Assembly: GCA_965218885.1 (NCBI GenBank)
Contig: OZ244713.1
Coordinates: 3,128,638-3,192,637, forward strand
DNA from: a bacterium
Lineage (GTDB): Bacteria; UBA8248
DNA: 64,000 nt
Direction: 5' to 3'
The position numbers and the translations under genes were made by a program. Shown here piece by piece: positions 1 to 8,839 of this stretch (position 1 is the first letter of the stretch; every line of letters begins with the position of its first letter). Under the pieces are notes generated by a model. That model ran no database searches and was not told where the DNA came from. It worked only from the letters and a program-made list of their open reading frames with translations.

Positions 1-175
1 CCGCATCAGCCATCGTCATAGGCTCGGCTTCTGTGACATTCCCTCCCTCATCGGTCGAAAATGACCCTCAAGGGGGGAGTGATTTTCCTCCCTCGTCGGT
101 CGGAAGAATTCCTCCTTTCTCACTCGGATTTGATATTCATCAATCGCGTTTGACACTCCCGCGCATCGGTCTGGA

Positions 176-205
176 TTGACGAAGCGCGCGGTCCTTCTTT
201 ATAGT
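176..205 (+). promoter_or_regulatory. Sigma70-like promoter TTGACG-18bp-TATAGT inside the repeat element; repeated at 597-626, 1673-1702 and 2094-2123
   Basis: TTGACG at 176-181 and TATAGT at 200-205 with an 18-bp spacer, about 70 nt upstream of the AAGGAG RBS and ATG of each small gene. The same hexamers and spacing are read before copies 2, 4 and 5. Confidence 0.55.
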
Positions 206-275
206 CATTAGCATCACGAGGCGTATGAAAACGCTCCCGCATTGGTCGCGTTTTACCATCGCCAAGGAGAAACGC

Positions 276-509
276 ATGACGACGTATGAACACCTGAATC
301 TCACCATCGCCTTCCTGAGCCTCCTCGCCTCCTACGGCGGCCTTGCGCTCATCTACTACGGCATCCGCGTCATGGCGAAGGGCGCCGAAACCCGCGCGGC
401 CGACTCCGAGCGCAAGCACGAGGAGTCGATGGCGTCGCTGCGCGAACTCATCGACGGGCAGGCGGAAAGCCGCATGGCCCTGCGCAAACTCATCGAGCGA
501 ACCGGATAG
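276..509 (+). CDS. Small single-TM protein, copy 1 (77 aa, one SERKHEESMAS unit, ..RKLIERTG tail)
   Basis: AAGGAG RBS 6 nt before the ATG (MTTYEHLNLT). Copy 3 has the same ATG with no upstream in-frame extension. A hydrophobic helix LTIAFLSLLASYGGLALIYYGI is followed by a charged helical tail. Confidence 0.6.
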   Translation: MTTYEHLNLTIAFLSLLASYGGLALIYYGIRVMAKGAETRAADSERKHEESMASLRELIDGQAESRMALRKLIERTG

Positions 510-696
510 CGCACCAAAGCAGCAAACGCTCCCGCATTGGTCGCGTCAAACACTCATTCATCAATCGCGTTTGACGCTCCCGCGCATCGGTCTGGATTGA
601 CGAAGCGCGCGGTCCTTCTTTATAGTCATTAGCATCACGAGGCGTATGAAAACGCTCCCGCATTGGTCGCGTTTTACCATCGCCAAGGAGAAACGC

Positions 697-996
697 ATGA
701 CGACGTATGAACACCTGAATCTCACCATCGCCTTCCTGAGCCTCCTCGCCTCCTACGGCGGCCTTGCGCTCATCTACTACGGCATCCGCGTCATGGCGAA
801 GGGCGCCGAAACGCGCGCGGCCGACTCCGAGCGCAAGCACGCGCAAGTGATGACCGACTCCGAGCGCAGGCACAATGAGTTCATGACCGACTCCGAGCGC
901 AGGCACGAGGAGTCGATGGCGTCGCTGCGCGAACTCATCGACGGGCAGGCGGAAAGCCGCATGGCCCTGCGCCAACTCATCGAGCGAACCGGATAG
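697..996 (+). CDS. Small single-TM protein, copy 2 (99 aa, three 11-aa SERKH/SERRH repeats)
   Basis: Paralog of copy 1; it differs by two extra in-frame 33-bp repeat units and a K-to-Q change in the tail. Confidence 0.6.
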   Translation: MTTYEHLNLTIAFLSLLASYGGLALIYYGIRVMAKGAETRAADSERKHAQVMTDSERRHNEFMTDSERRHEESMASLRELIDGQAESRMALRQLIERTG

Positions 997-1210
997 CGAA
1001 CCAAAGCGGCAAACAGAATTCCTTCTTAATCAGTCGGAAGAATTCCTCTCTCCTCGGTCGGAAGAATTCCTCCTTTCTCACTCGGATTTGATATTCATCA
1101 ATCGTGTTTGACGCTCCCGCGCATCGGTCTGGATTGACGAAGCGCGCGATCTGTTGTTATCGTAATAGACGTCCCGAAGCGCCGGAGGACCCGTCGCCAA
1201 GGAGAAACGC

Positions 1211-1543
1211 ATGACGACGTATGAACACCTGAATCTCACCATCGCCTTCCTGAGCCTCCTCGCCTCCTACGGCGGCCTTGCGCTCATCTACTACGGCATC
1301 CGCGTCATGGCGAAGGGCGCCGAAACGCGCGCGGCCGACTCCGAGCGCAAGCACGCGCAAGTGATGACCGACTCCGATCGCAGGCACAATGAGTTCATGA
1401 CCGACTCCGAGCGCAAGCACGATGAGTTCATGACCGACTCCGAGCGCAGGCACGAGGAGTCGATGGCGTCGCTGCGCGAACTCATCGACGGGCAGGCGGA
1501 AAGCCGCATGGCCCTGCGCCAACTCATCGAGCGAACCGGATAG
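1211..1543 (+). CDS. Small single-TM protein, copy 3 (110 aa, four 11-aa repeats)
   Basis: Paralog with a variant 5' UTR but the same RBS; it is the longest member of the repeat-number series. Confidence 0.6.
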   Translation: MTTYEHLNLTIAFLSLLASYGGLALIYYGIRVMAKGAETRAADSERKHAQVMTDSDRRHNEFMTDSERKHDEFMTDSERRHEESMASLRELIDGQAESRMALRQLIERTG

Positions 1544-1772
1544 CGAACCAAAGCGGCAAACAGAATTCCTCCTTAATCAGTCGGAAGAATTCCTCTCTCC
1601 TCGGTCGGAATTCACCACACTCGGAATTGATATTCATCAATCGTGTTTGACACTCCCGCGCATCGGTCTGGATTGACGAAGCGCGCGGTCCTTCTTTATA
1701 GTCATTAGCATCACGAGGCGTATGAAAACGCTCCCGCATTGGTCGCGTTTTACCATCGCCAAGGAGAAACGC

Positions 1773-2006
1773 ATGACGACGTATGAACACCTGAATCTCA
1801 CCATCGCCTTCCTGAGCCTCCTCGCCTCCTACGGCGGCCTTGCGCTCATCTACTACGGCATCCGCGTCATGGCGAAGGGCGCCGAAACGCGCGCGGCCGA
1901 CTCCGAGCGCAAGCACGAGGAGTCGATGGCGTCGCTGCGCGAACTCATCGACGGGCAGGCGGAAAGCCGCATGGCCCTGCGCAAACTCATCGAGCGAACC
2001 GGATAG
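1773..2006 (+). CDS. Small single-TM protein, copy 4 (77 aa; same protein as copy 1)
   Basis: Same 77-aa product as copy 1. Confidence 0.6.
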   Translation: MTTYEHLNLTIAFLSLLASYGGLALIYYGIRVMAKGAETRAADSERKHEESMASLRELIDGQAESRMALRKLIERTG

Positions 2007-2193
2007 CGCACCAAAGCGGCAAACAAATTCTCGCTTCTCACTCGGAATTGATATTCATCAATCGCGTTTGACGCTCCCGCGCATCGGTCTGGATTGACGA
2101 AGCGCGCGGTCCTTCTTTATAGTCATTAGCATCACGAGGCGTATGAAAACGCTCCCGCATTGGTCGCGTTTTACCATCGCCAAGGAGAAACGC

Positions 2194-2460
2194 ATGACGA
2201 CGTATGAACACCTGAATCTCACCATCGCCTTCCTGAGCCTCCTCGCCTCCTACGGCGGCCTTGCGCTCATCTACTACGGCATCCGCGTCATGGCGAAGGG
2301 CGCCGAAACGCGCGCGGCCGACTCCGAGCGCAAGCACGAGCAGGTGATGACCGCATCCGAGCGCAGGCATGATGAGGCCATGGCGTCCCTGCGCGAACTC
2401 ATCGACGGGCAGGCGGAAAGCCGCATGGCCCTGCGCCAACTCATCGAGCGAACCGGATAG
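2194..2460 (+). CDS. Small single-TM protein, copy 5 (88 aa, two repeats)
   Basis: Paralog with two 11-aa repeat units. Confidence 0.6.
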   Translation: MTTYEHLNLTIAFLSLLASYGGLALIYYGIRVMAKGAETRAADSERKHEQVMTASERRHDEAMASLRELIDGQAESRMALRQLIERTG

Positions 2461-3760
2461 CGAACCAAAGCGGCAAACAGAATTCCTCTCTCCTCGGTCG
2501 GAAGAATTCCTCTCTCCTCGGTCGGAATTCACCACACTCGGGAAAGCCTGACTTGATCAGTCGGCAAACGCTCTCGCATTGGTCGCGTCAAACAAATCCT
2601 CGCTCCTCACTCGGATTTGATATTCATCAATCGTGTTTGACCTTGGGGGTCATAGCCTACATAGAAGGAAGGAGAACCACTCCCCCTTGAGGGTCAAGCC
2701 CGATTGAAGAATGAGGGATTGTCGGCAAGACGAGGACGAAGTCTGAAGTCGCGTCGGTGGGGGGTCAATCGCGACTGATGAAGGAGCGATTGCTGCGAAC
2801 GAGGAAAATAACAATACGCAATTCCTCGCTCCTCGCTCGGAAGAATTCCTCTCTCCCCGGTCGGAATTCACCCCCACCGGTTCGCTTGCGGGCTTGCGCC
2901 CTTACCTCACCGACAATCCCTCATTCTTCAATCGGGAAACCCTCCTTCCTCAGTCGGGTTTCACCCTCAAGGGGGGAGTGTTTCTTGCTCTTTCATCGAC
3001 CGCGTCAAACCCTCGTTCATCGGGGCTTTTTCAACAACCCCGCATTGGTCGGAATTGATCCTCTTGCCGTCATTCCGGCGAATGTTGGTGGCAACCGACA
3101 GGTTGACCAGAGCCGACTGGAATGCGACATCGCATGACGTTCAAAAGGACGGCCTCAAAGAGGATAAATCAAAAAGCAAAAGGCAAATTCCCTGGATTCC
3201 GGCATCCGCCGGAATGACGAACCAAAATCGTCAAACGCTCCCGCATTGGTCGGAATTCATCACATTGGTTGGGTTTGGCGCGCAATTCCCCGCATTTGGC
3301 GTCGCCGCGTCCGCAACGGGATGCGCGAGAATCCGGTTCGTAAACGCAGTTTCCCGCTTGCACTTGAGCATCATGAGGAAGGCACGATGAAAAAGGGAAT
3401 TTCAGGGGATCATTTCTTCCGCACGCACCTGGCGAATCCCTCGCGGCGGTCGCAATCGCATTTGGCGGACCTCTCGCTCTACCCGCAGGCCGACGGCTCC
3501 GGCGGGGCGATGGAACTCTCAGGCCCCTTCGAGGACGCGCAAACCGCAATCGCTTCTTCATCAGTCGCGATTGACATGAAAAATACGATAAATATCGATA
3601 AATACATGAAAAGGTTTATGGCTCGAACTATCATGGTAATATATTATAATTCATATAATTGTAGATATATATTAAAGTAACATATTAGGAAATTATCGAA
3701 ATTTATCGAATTAAAAACTTTTTTCAAACCCCGCATCAGCCCGCATTTCCCCGCACGGGC
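2460..3760. repeat. Gene-free block of nested hairpin and inverted-repeat (MITE-like) elements ending in an AT-rich tract
   Basis: GGAAGAATTCCTC direct repeats. Inverted copies of a CCCTCAAGGGGGGAGTG hairpin module at 2667-2740 and 2903-2975. Inverted CGTCATTCCGGCG / CGCCGGAATGACG arms at 3060-3075 and 3205-3225. An AT-rich TATCGATAAATA tract at 3575-3720. No ORF here has recognisable features. Confidence 0.7.
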
Positions 3761-3766
3761 CGGGGG

Positions 3767-4300
3767 TCATCTCTTCAGCAGCCACACGCCGTCCTCGCCA
3801 TCCAACTCGCGCATCCGCACCTGGATGTGCTCCTGCAGCGATGTGGGCACGTTCTTGCCGATAAAATCGGGCCGAAACGGCAATTCCCTGTGGCCGCGGT
3901 CTATCAGGGCGGCGAGCCAGATTTTACGGGGCCTGCCCAGCTCCATCATCGCGTCGATGGCCGCGCGCGCCGTCCTGCCCGTGAAGAAGACGTCGTCCAC
4001 CAGGAATACACCCCGATCCGTCAGGTCGAAATCGATGAGCGTGGGCTCGAAACCGCGCCCCTCGGTGGGGTGCCCCGCGTCGTCGCGGTGGACGCCGATG
4101 TCGAGCGCGCCCAGGGGGGGCGAAATGCCTTCGAGTTCCTCGATATGCCCCGCAAGCCGCCTCGCGAGCGGTTCTCCCCGGGTGAGCACCCCGATGAGAG
4201 CGATGTTCTTATCCGCCGCGCACGCCTCCATCATCTCGGAGGCGATTCTCTTGAGCGAGAACTCGAGCTCTTGCGCCGTCATGATGGATATCGGAGCCAT
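3767..4300 (-). CDS. pyrR: PyrR-family bifunctional pyrimidine regulator / uracil phosphoribosyltransferase (orphan copy, no attenuator)
   Basis: 177 aa with a PRTase fold ([21 protein letters not shown]); closely resembles the pyrR at 39481. It lies downstream of cca with no PyrR-binding leader. Confidence 0.85.
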   Translation of the reverse strand: MAPISIMTAQELEFSLKRIASEMMEACAADKNIALIGVLTRGEPLARRLAGHIEELEGISPPLGALDIGVHRDDAGHPTEGRGFEPTLIDFDLTDRGVFLVDDVFFTGRTARAAIDAMMELGRPRKIWLAALIDRGHRELPFRPDFIGKNVPTSLQEHIQVRMRELDGEDGVWLLKR

Positions 4301-4366
4301 GCAGGGTACCCGGAGTTGTCGGAAACGGATTCAGGCCATCCTAGAACTTATGGGTTCGCGGATCAA

Positions 4367-5692
4367 TCAATCATTCTTCGGAACCGGAAAATTCCGCCGG
4401 GCGAAATCCCTGGCCTCCTCGGTTGTGGATATGCGCCCTTCGAGCTGTTCGTCTTCGAGCGCAAAGAGGATTTCCCCCAGCCCGCGCCCCGCCGGATAGC
4501 CCATTTCCATGAGTTCATGGCCATCGATCAAACGTTGCGGGCGCAAAGTTTCCTCATGAAGTTCCGTGAGTTTTTGCGTGCAGAATTCATACGTTCTCAA
4601 ATTCCCGTGACTGGCGAGGCAATCGATACGGTGGAGTTCCAGCAATTCCTCGAAATACGGCTCGCGCAGGAATCGTTTCAGGCGGCTGGACCTCATTTTC
4701 TCCACGTGCATGAAACGCATGTGATTGGCGACCAACTCGTGGATTCTCGCCGTGCGCGCTCCCGGCATGCGGAGCCTTTTGCAGATGCCCAAGCTCATCG
4801 CCGCGCCCGCCTTGTCATGCCCGTTGAAGCGGATTCTGTCGGTTTCGGTGTATGTAACCGGTTTTCCGACATCATGGAGCAATACGCCCCACGAGAGCGT
4901 CGGCGAGGCGGCGCGCTTGATGCGCAACATGGCGAGGACGTGCGTCCACACGTCCCCTTCCGGGTGAAATTCCGGCGGTTGCGCCACGCCCTTCATGGCG
5001 GCGACTTCGGGAAGGACGTATTCCAGGAGCCCCGAGGCGGCGAGCATGGCGAAGGCGCTATCGGCATTCTCGTGGGTCAGCATCATCGTCAACTCGTCAC
5101 GAATCCTCTCCGGGCTTATTTTCCCGATGTTCTTCGCATGGGTTTCGATGGCGACGGCTGTCTTGGACTCGAGCGCGAAACCGAACCTCGCCGAGAAGCG
5201 AACCGCTCTCAGCATCCGCAAATGGTCTTCGCAGAACCTGAGATTCGCGTCTCCGATGGCCCGAATGTTTCCGTCTTCGAGATCGCGCAGGCCGCCGACG
5301 TAATCGAGGACCCGGCTCGTCGATACGTCATAAAACAACCCGTTGATCGTGAAATCACGCCGCTTCGCGTCTCCTTCCTCATCGGAGGGCCGAACCGAGT
5401 CGGGATGTCTTCCGTCCCTGTAGGCGCCGTCTTCGCGAAATTGCGCCACTTCAAACTCTTGGCCATCCATGCGCACGAGCACCACACCGAACTGCGCTCC
5501 CACCGCGACGGTTTTCTCGAAACGGCCTTGCACGATTTGCGGCGTTGCATCCGTGGCGATATCCCAGTCTTTCGGTTGAGACCCAAGCAGGGCGTCCCTT
5601 ACGCACCCGCCCGCGAGAAGCGCTCTATGACCCGAGGCCTCGAGGGTCTGGATAATTTGAATCGCCGCATCCGGAGGCTTTATGTTCAGCAT
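4367..5692 (-). CDS. cca: CCA-adding tRNA nucleotidyltransferase (polymerase head plus HD domain)
   Basis: GGCVRDALLG...DWDIATDA head motif and an HD motif (LLHDVGKP); 441 aa. Confidence 0.9.
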   Translation of the reverse strand: MLNIKPPDAAIQIIQTLEASGHRALLAGGCVRDALLGSQPKDWDIATDATPQIVQGRFEKTVAVGAQFGVVLVRMDGQEFEVAQFREDGAYRDGRHPDSVRPSDEEGDAKRRDFTINGLFYDVSTSRVLDYVGGLRDLEDGNIRAIGDANLRFCEDHLRMLRAVRFSARFGFALESKTAVAIETHAKNIGKISPERIRDELTMMLTHENADSAFAMLAASGLLEYVLPEVAAMKGVAQPPEFHPEGDVWTHVLAMLRIKRAASPTLSWGVLLHDVGKPVTYTETDRIRFNGHDKAGAAMSLGICKRLRMPGARTARIHELVANHMRFMHVEKMRSSRLKRFLREPYFEELLELHRIDCLASHGNLRTYEFCTQKLTELHEETLRPQRLIDGHELMEMGYPAGRGLGEILFALEDEQLEGRISTTEEARDFARRNFPVPKND

Positions 5693-5827
5693 CGTCTACT
5701 CACCGTGGTTGAAATATCCAAATCATCAATACTACGATAGGCCTAATCCTGAGTGCGGGCAAACGGTTGTTCGTGGAGATGCTCGCCCTGTTCCAGACGC
5801 GGCCGCCGACTGTCTATTGGAGGAACG

Positions 5828-6844
5828 ATGGTAGGCCATCATATGAGAGCGTTGATTTTTTTCGTCTTTTTCTTGATGCCAGCGAATATTAGTTATGCCG
5901 CGTCTTTGGATGAGAAATCCATCAACACAGGGCTCGAGCAGGTCGCCTCGGGTGATTATTTGGCCGCCTCGGAAACATTTGATCGGGTAGTCTCATCGGC
6001 ACCCGAGCGCCCGGAGGGGTATTTCTTCAAGGCTTCTGTTTTCCACATCCTGAAAGGGCATATCCAGCGCAAGGACTATTATGAAACATGGCGGAAAAAT
6101 ACCGAGAAAGCGCGCTCCCTCTCCGAGCAATTTTTGGAGAAAAACCCAGATGACACGAGCGCCCTCCTCATCGCCGGTCTGACGGAGGGTATGCGGATTG
6201 TCGATGCGCTTAATAATAGTAGCTATCTCACTGCTTTCTTGCGGGCGGGAGCGATGGAAAAACACCTGGAAAAAGCGATCGAACTGGATCCGAAACTTCA
6301 CGATGCCTACTACGGGCTGGGAATTTACCACATCAGGGGAAGTACGGAGAGCTGGGTGAGAATGTTCCGGTTTTTCATCGGCGATACGAGCGAGAAGGGC
6401 AGAACCTATCTGCGCCGCGCCGTAGATGGAAACGGCTGGATTTCCAATTCGGCGCGTTTGGCTCTCATATGGGCGCTATTCCGGGTGAAAAGATTCCAAC
6501 AGGCGAGAAAAGACGTCGAGTTTCTGCGTGGGAGCTATCCGAAGAACCCCTTGTACGACATCGCCTATGCGGAAAGTTTTTATATCGCGGAGGATTACCC
6601 TCGGGCGCGTGCGGAATATGGGAGACTGCTGTCTCGTTTGAATCAACCCAAAGATGATATTTTCAGACTGTATCGGCAGTTTTCAAAATGGCGGATTCTT
6701 CGTTGTGACTATGCTTTGGGCAATCGTAAAGAGATGAGTGAAGAAACCGAGGAGTTGCTCACCGAAAAACACATGTATGCCTCCCTGATTGAACAGATTC
6801 GTCTGGAAATAAAATCCGCTTCTGGTGTTTTGACAGGGAAATGA
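5828..6844 (+). CDS. Secreted TPR-like repeat protein (hypothetical)
   Basis: Signal peptide MRALIFFVFFLMPANISYA followed by a helical-repeat sequence. Lower GC than its neighbours. Confidence 0.5.
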   Translation: MVGHHMRALIFFVFFLMPANISYAASLDEKSINTGLEQVASGDYLAASETFDRVVSSAPERPEGYFFKASVFHILKGHIQRKDYYETWRKNTEKARSLSEQFLEKNPDDTSALLIAGLTEGMRIVDALNNSSYLTAFLRAGAMEKHLEKAIELDPKLHDAYYGLGIYHIRGSTESWVRMFRFFIGDTSEKGRTYLRRAVDGNGWISNSARLALIWALFRVKRFQQARKDVEFLRGSYPKNPLYDIAYAESFYIAEDYPRARAEYGRLLSRLNQPKDDIFRLYRQFSKWRILRCDYALGNRKEMSEETEELLTEKHMYASLIEQIRLEIKSASGVLTGK

Positions 6845-6883
6845 TTCTCCGGTGATTCACGAAAATCCAAGACGAGGGCTGAA

Positions 6884-7738
6884 ATGATGTTTTATCTGAC
6901 CTTGCGAAGCGGTCTGGTGGTTTTCATGATCATCTTCGCGATCTTCCTGCATTCGAGTTTCGCATGGTCTGCTCAGGTCAGCGTGGATTTGGAACTTGTA
7001 CTGGCCGTCGATGTTTCCGGCAGTGTGGATGAAGTAGAGGGGAAGCTACAGCGGATGGGATATGTGAAAGCCTTTCGCTCCCCGTCTGTTTTGCGCGCCA
7101 TCCAATCGGGAAGACACAAAAGCATTGCGGTCACTTACATGGAGTGGGCCGGTTTCGATACCCAGCGAGTCGTGGTGGGCTGGAAACAGATTCACGATGA
7201 GGCGAGTGCTGAGGAGTTCGCCTCCCTGCTCTCCCGCGAACCAATAGGGGTGGGTCCCTACACATCTATCAGCGGCGCGATTGAATTCGCGCTGCCGATG
7301 TTCGAGAACAACGGATTCACGAGCGAGCGTCGCGTTATCGACATTTCCGGCGATGGCCCGAACAACAGCGGAGACTACGTGACCAATGCGCGGGAGAGGG
7401 CTATACGGGCCGGAGTGACGATAAATGGATTGCCGATTATAAATAACCGGCCGAGTCCCTGGGGAAGGATGCCGATGCCGAATCTGGATTTATATTACAG
7501 AAAATGCGTCATAGGGGGTAGGCGCTCTTTTTTGGTGGTCGCGAATGATTTCAAATCTTTCGGGCGCGCTATTCGTAGAAAACTGATTCTGGAGATTGTC
7601 GGCTTGCCGATGACGGAAAAATCGCGCCAGGCCCTTGACGTGCGAAAAGAAAAACGAACTCCTGTTTTGATCTCCAGAGTGGCGCCCCCATGTGATGCCG
7701 GCGAGAGGCGTCGTAGAAGCTGGTCGGAGGATTTTTAG
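6884..7738 (+). CDS. Secreted vWA-like protein (DUF1194-like)
   Basis: Signal peptide plus a MIDAS-like LAVDVSGSVD motif; 284 aa. Confidence 0.5.
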   Translation: MMFYLTLRSGLVVFMIIFAIFLHSSFAWSAQVSVDLELVLAVDVSGSVDEVEGKLQRMGYVKAFRSPSVLRAIQSGRHKSIAVTYMEWAGFDTQRVVVGWKQIHDEASAEEFASLLSREPIGVGPYTSISGAIEFALPMFENNGFTSERRVIDISGDGPNNSGDYVTNARERAIRAGVTINGLPIINNRPSPWGRMPMPNLDLYYRKCVIGGRRSFLVVANDFKSFGRAIRRKLILEIVGLPMTEKSRQALDVRKEKRTPVLISRVAPPCDAGERRRRSWSEDF

Positions 7739-7834
7739 GTTTTTCTCGTGTGTTCATATAAGATGCGAAACGAATCCTTTATGTTATTCAATGATATTCG
7801 GATTGGTTCCTAAAACTAAGGAGTGAAAATTCTA

Positions 7835-8809
7835 ATGAAAGCCGTGCGTGTGCATCAATTCAATATGGACGTTCCGATGCGGGTGGATGAGGTAGAAGAC
7901 GCAAAACCACAGCCTGGCGAGGTGTTGATAAAAGCCGGTGCAGTCGGCGTCAACCCGGTGGACTTGGCTATTCGGGCGGCCAACCACCCTTACGCCAAGC
8001 TGGTTACGCCGCCTTATATCCCGGGAGCCGAGGCGGCGGGAAAAATCATCGCCTTGGGCGATGGCGTGGAGGGCTGGCGGATTGGGCAGCGCGTGTATGG
8101 TCGCGCCATGGGCGGAAGCTACGCCGAGAATGTGCGGCTCGTGGCCGATGCCACGGCGGAACTGCCCGAAGCCAATTCTTATGAAGAAGGCGCGTGCATT
8201 ACGGTGGCGTTCTATACGGCCTGGAACGCGCTTGTCATAAAAGCGCAGGCGGGCCCCGGCGAGACGGTGCTGATTCAAGGGGGTGCGGGAGGCGTTGGAA
8301 TGGCGGCCATTCAACTTGCCAAGCGGCTGGGATGCCGCGTTTTCGCGACAGTGAGTTCTGATAAAAAGGCGAAATTCTGCAAGGATATGGGTGCGGATGA
8401 GACGATCAACTACCGCGAGGAGGATTTCGCGGAGCGTTGTATGGAACTCACCGGTGGACGTGGCGTCGACATCGTGGTCGAGCTTTGCGCCTGCGATAAT
8501 TTTGATAAAGATTTGGACGCCATCCGCGTCGACGGAAAAATCATCGTCATCGGTACGGGCACGGGAAAAGGTCCGGGTGCGGAATTCCGGGTTCCGGCCG
8601 TCATGACGAAAGACGCCGTGGTGCTGGGATTGGCCGTGGTGAATCTGTTTCCGAAAATGCCGGAGCTGGTGCGCCGCTTCACGCCTTTGCTGCGTGAGGG
8701 AGCGTTCCGGGTCAACGTTGATAAGACGTCGAGTTTCGAGGATGCGAACGAAGCGCATGACTATGTTCTGGAAGGTCAATTCTTGGGCAAAGTAGTCTTG
8801 GTTCCATAA
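7835..8809 (+). CDS. Zinc-binding alcohol dehydrogenase / NADPH:quinone oxidoreductase (MDR family)
   Basis: GAVGVNPVD and GGAGGVG nucleotide-binding motifs with the zeta-crystallin-like layout. Confidence 0.85.
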   Translation: MKAVRVHQFNMDVPMRVDEVEDAKPQPGEVLIKAGAVGVNPVDLAIRAANHPYAKLVTPPYIPGAEAAGKIIALGDGVEGWRIGQRVYGRAMGGSYAENVRLVADATAELPEANSYEEGACITVAFYTAWNALVIKAQAGPGETVLIQGGAGGVGMAAIQLAKRLGCRVFATVSSDKKAKFCKDMGADETINYREEDFAERCMELTGGRGVDIVVELCACDNFDKDLDAIRVDGKIIVIGTGTGKGPGAEFRVPAVMTKDAVVLGLAVVNLFPKMPELVRRFTPLLREGAFRVNVDKTSSFEDANEAHDYVLEGQFLGKVVLVP

Positions 8810-8839
8810 AAACAGGCTGGGGCGCAAAAGGAGAGTGAG

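Larger units (their letters stand above)
100..2640. repeat. Tandem array of five 421-562-bp units, each with a promoter-bearing repeat element and a small membrane-protein gene
   Basis: Near-identical units; gene starts at 276, 697, 1211, 1773 and 2194 give a period of 421, 514, 562 and 421 bp. The spacers are conserved; the spacer before copy 3 is a variant. Confidence 0.9.

Noticed and set aside
225-275. N-terminal MKTLPHWSRFTIAKEKR extension of the small array genes in the ORF track
   Set aside because: Copy 3 lacks it. An AAGGAG RBS sits 6 nt before the internal ATG (MTTYEH). The extension is encoded by the repeat element, so it is 5' UTR.
1-2640. Periodic repeats that could suggest a CRISPR array
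   Set aside because: The units are 420-560 bp and contain an ORF plus a promoter. There is no short repeat and spacer architecture.
3055-3680. ORFs of 111-144 aa inside the repeat block
   Set aside because: They overlap repeat hairpins on both strands, have no RBS and no motif, and are AT-tract read-through.
3827-5740. 637-aa ORF on the plus strand
   Set aside because: It is antisense to the well-supported cca and pyrR genes, a typical high-GC shadow ORF with no motifs.
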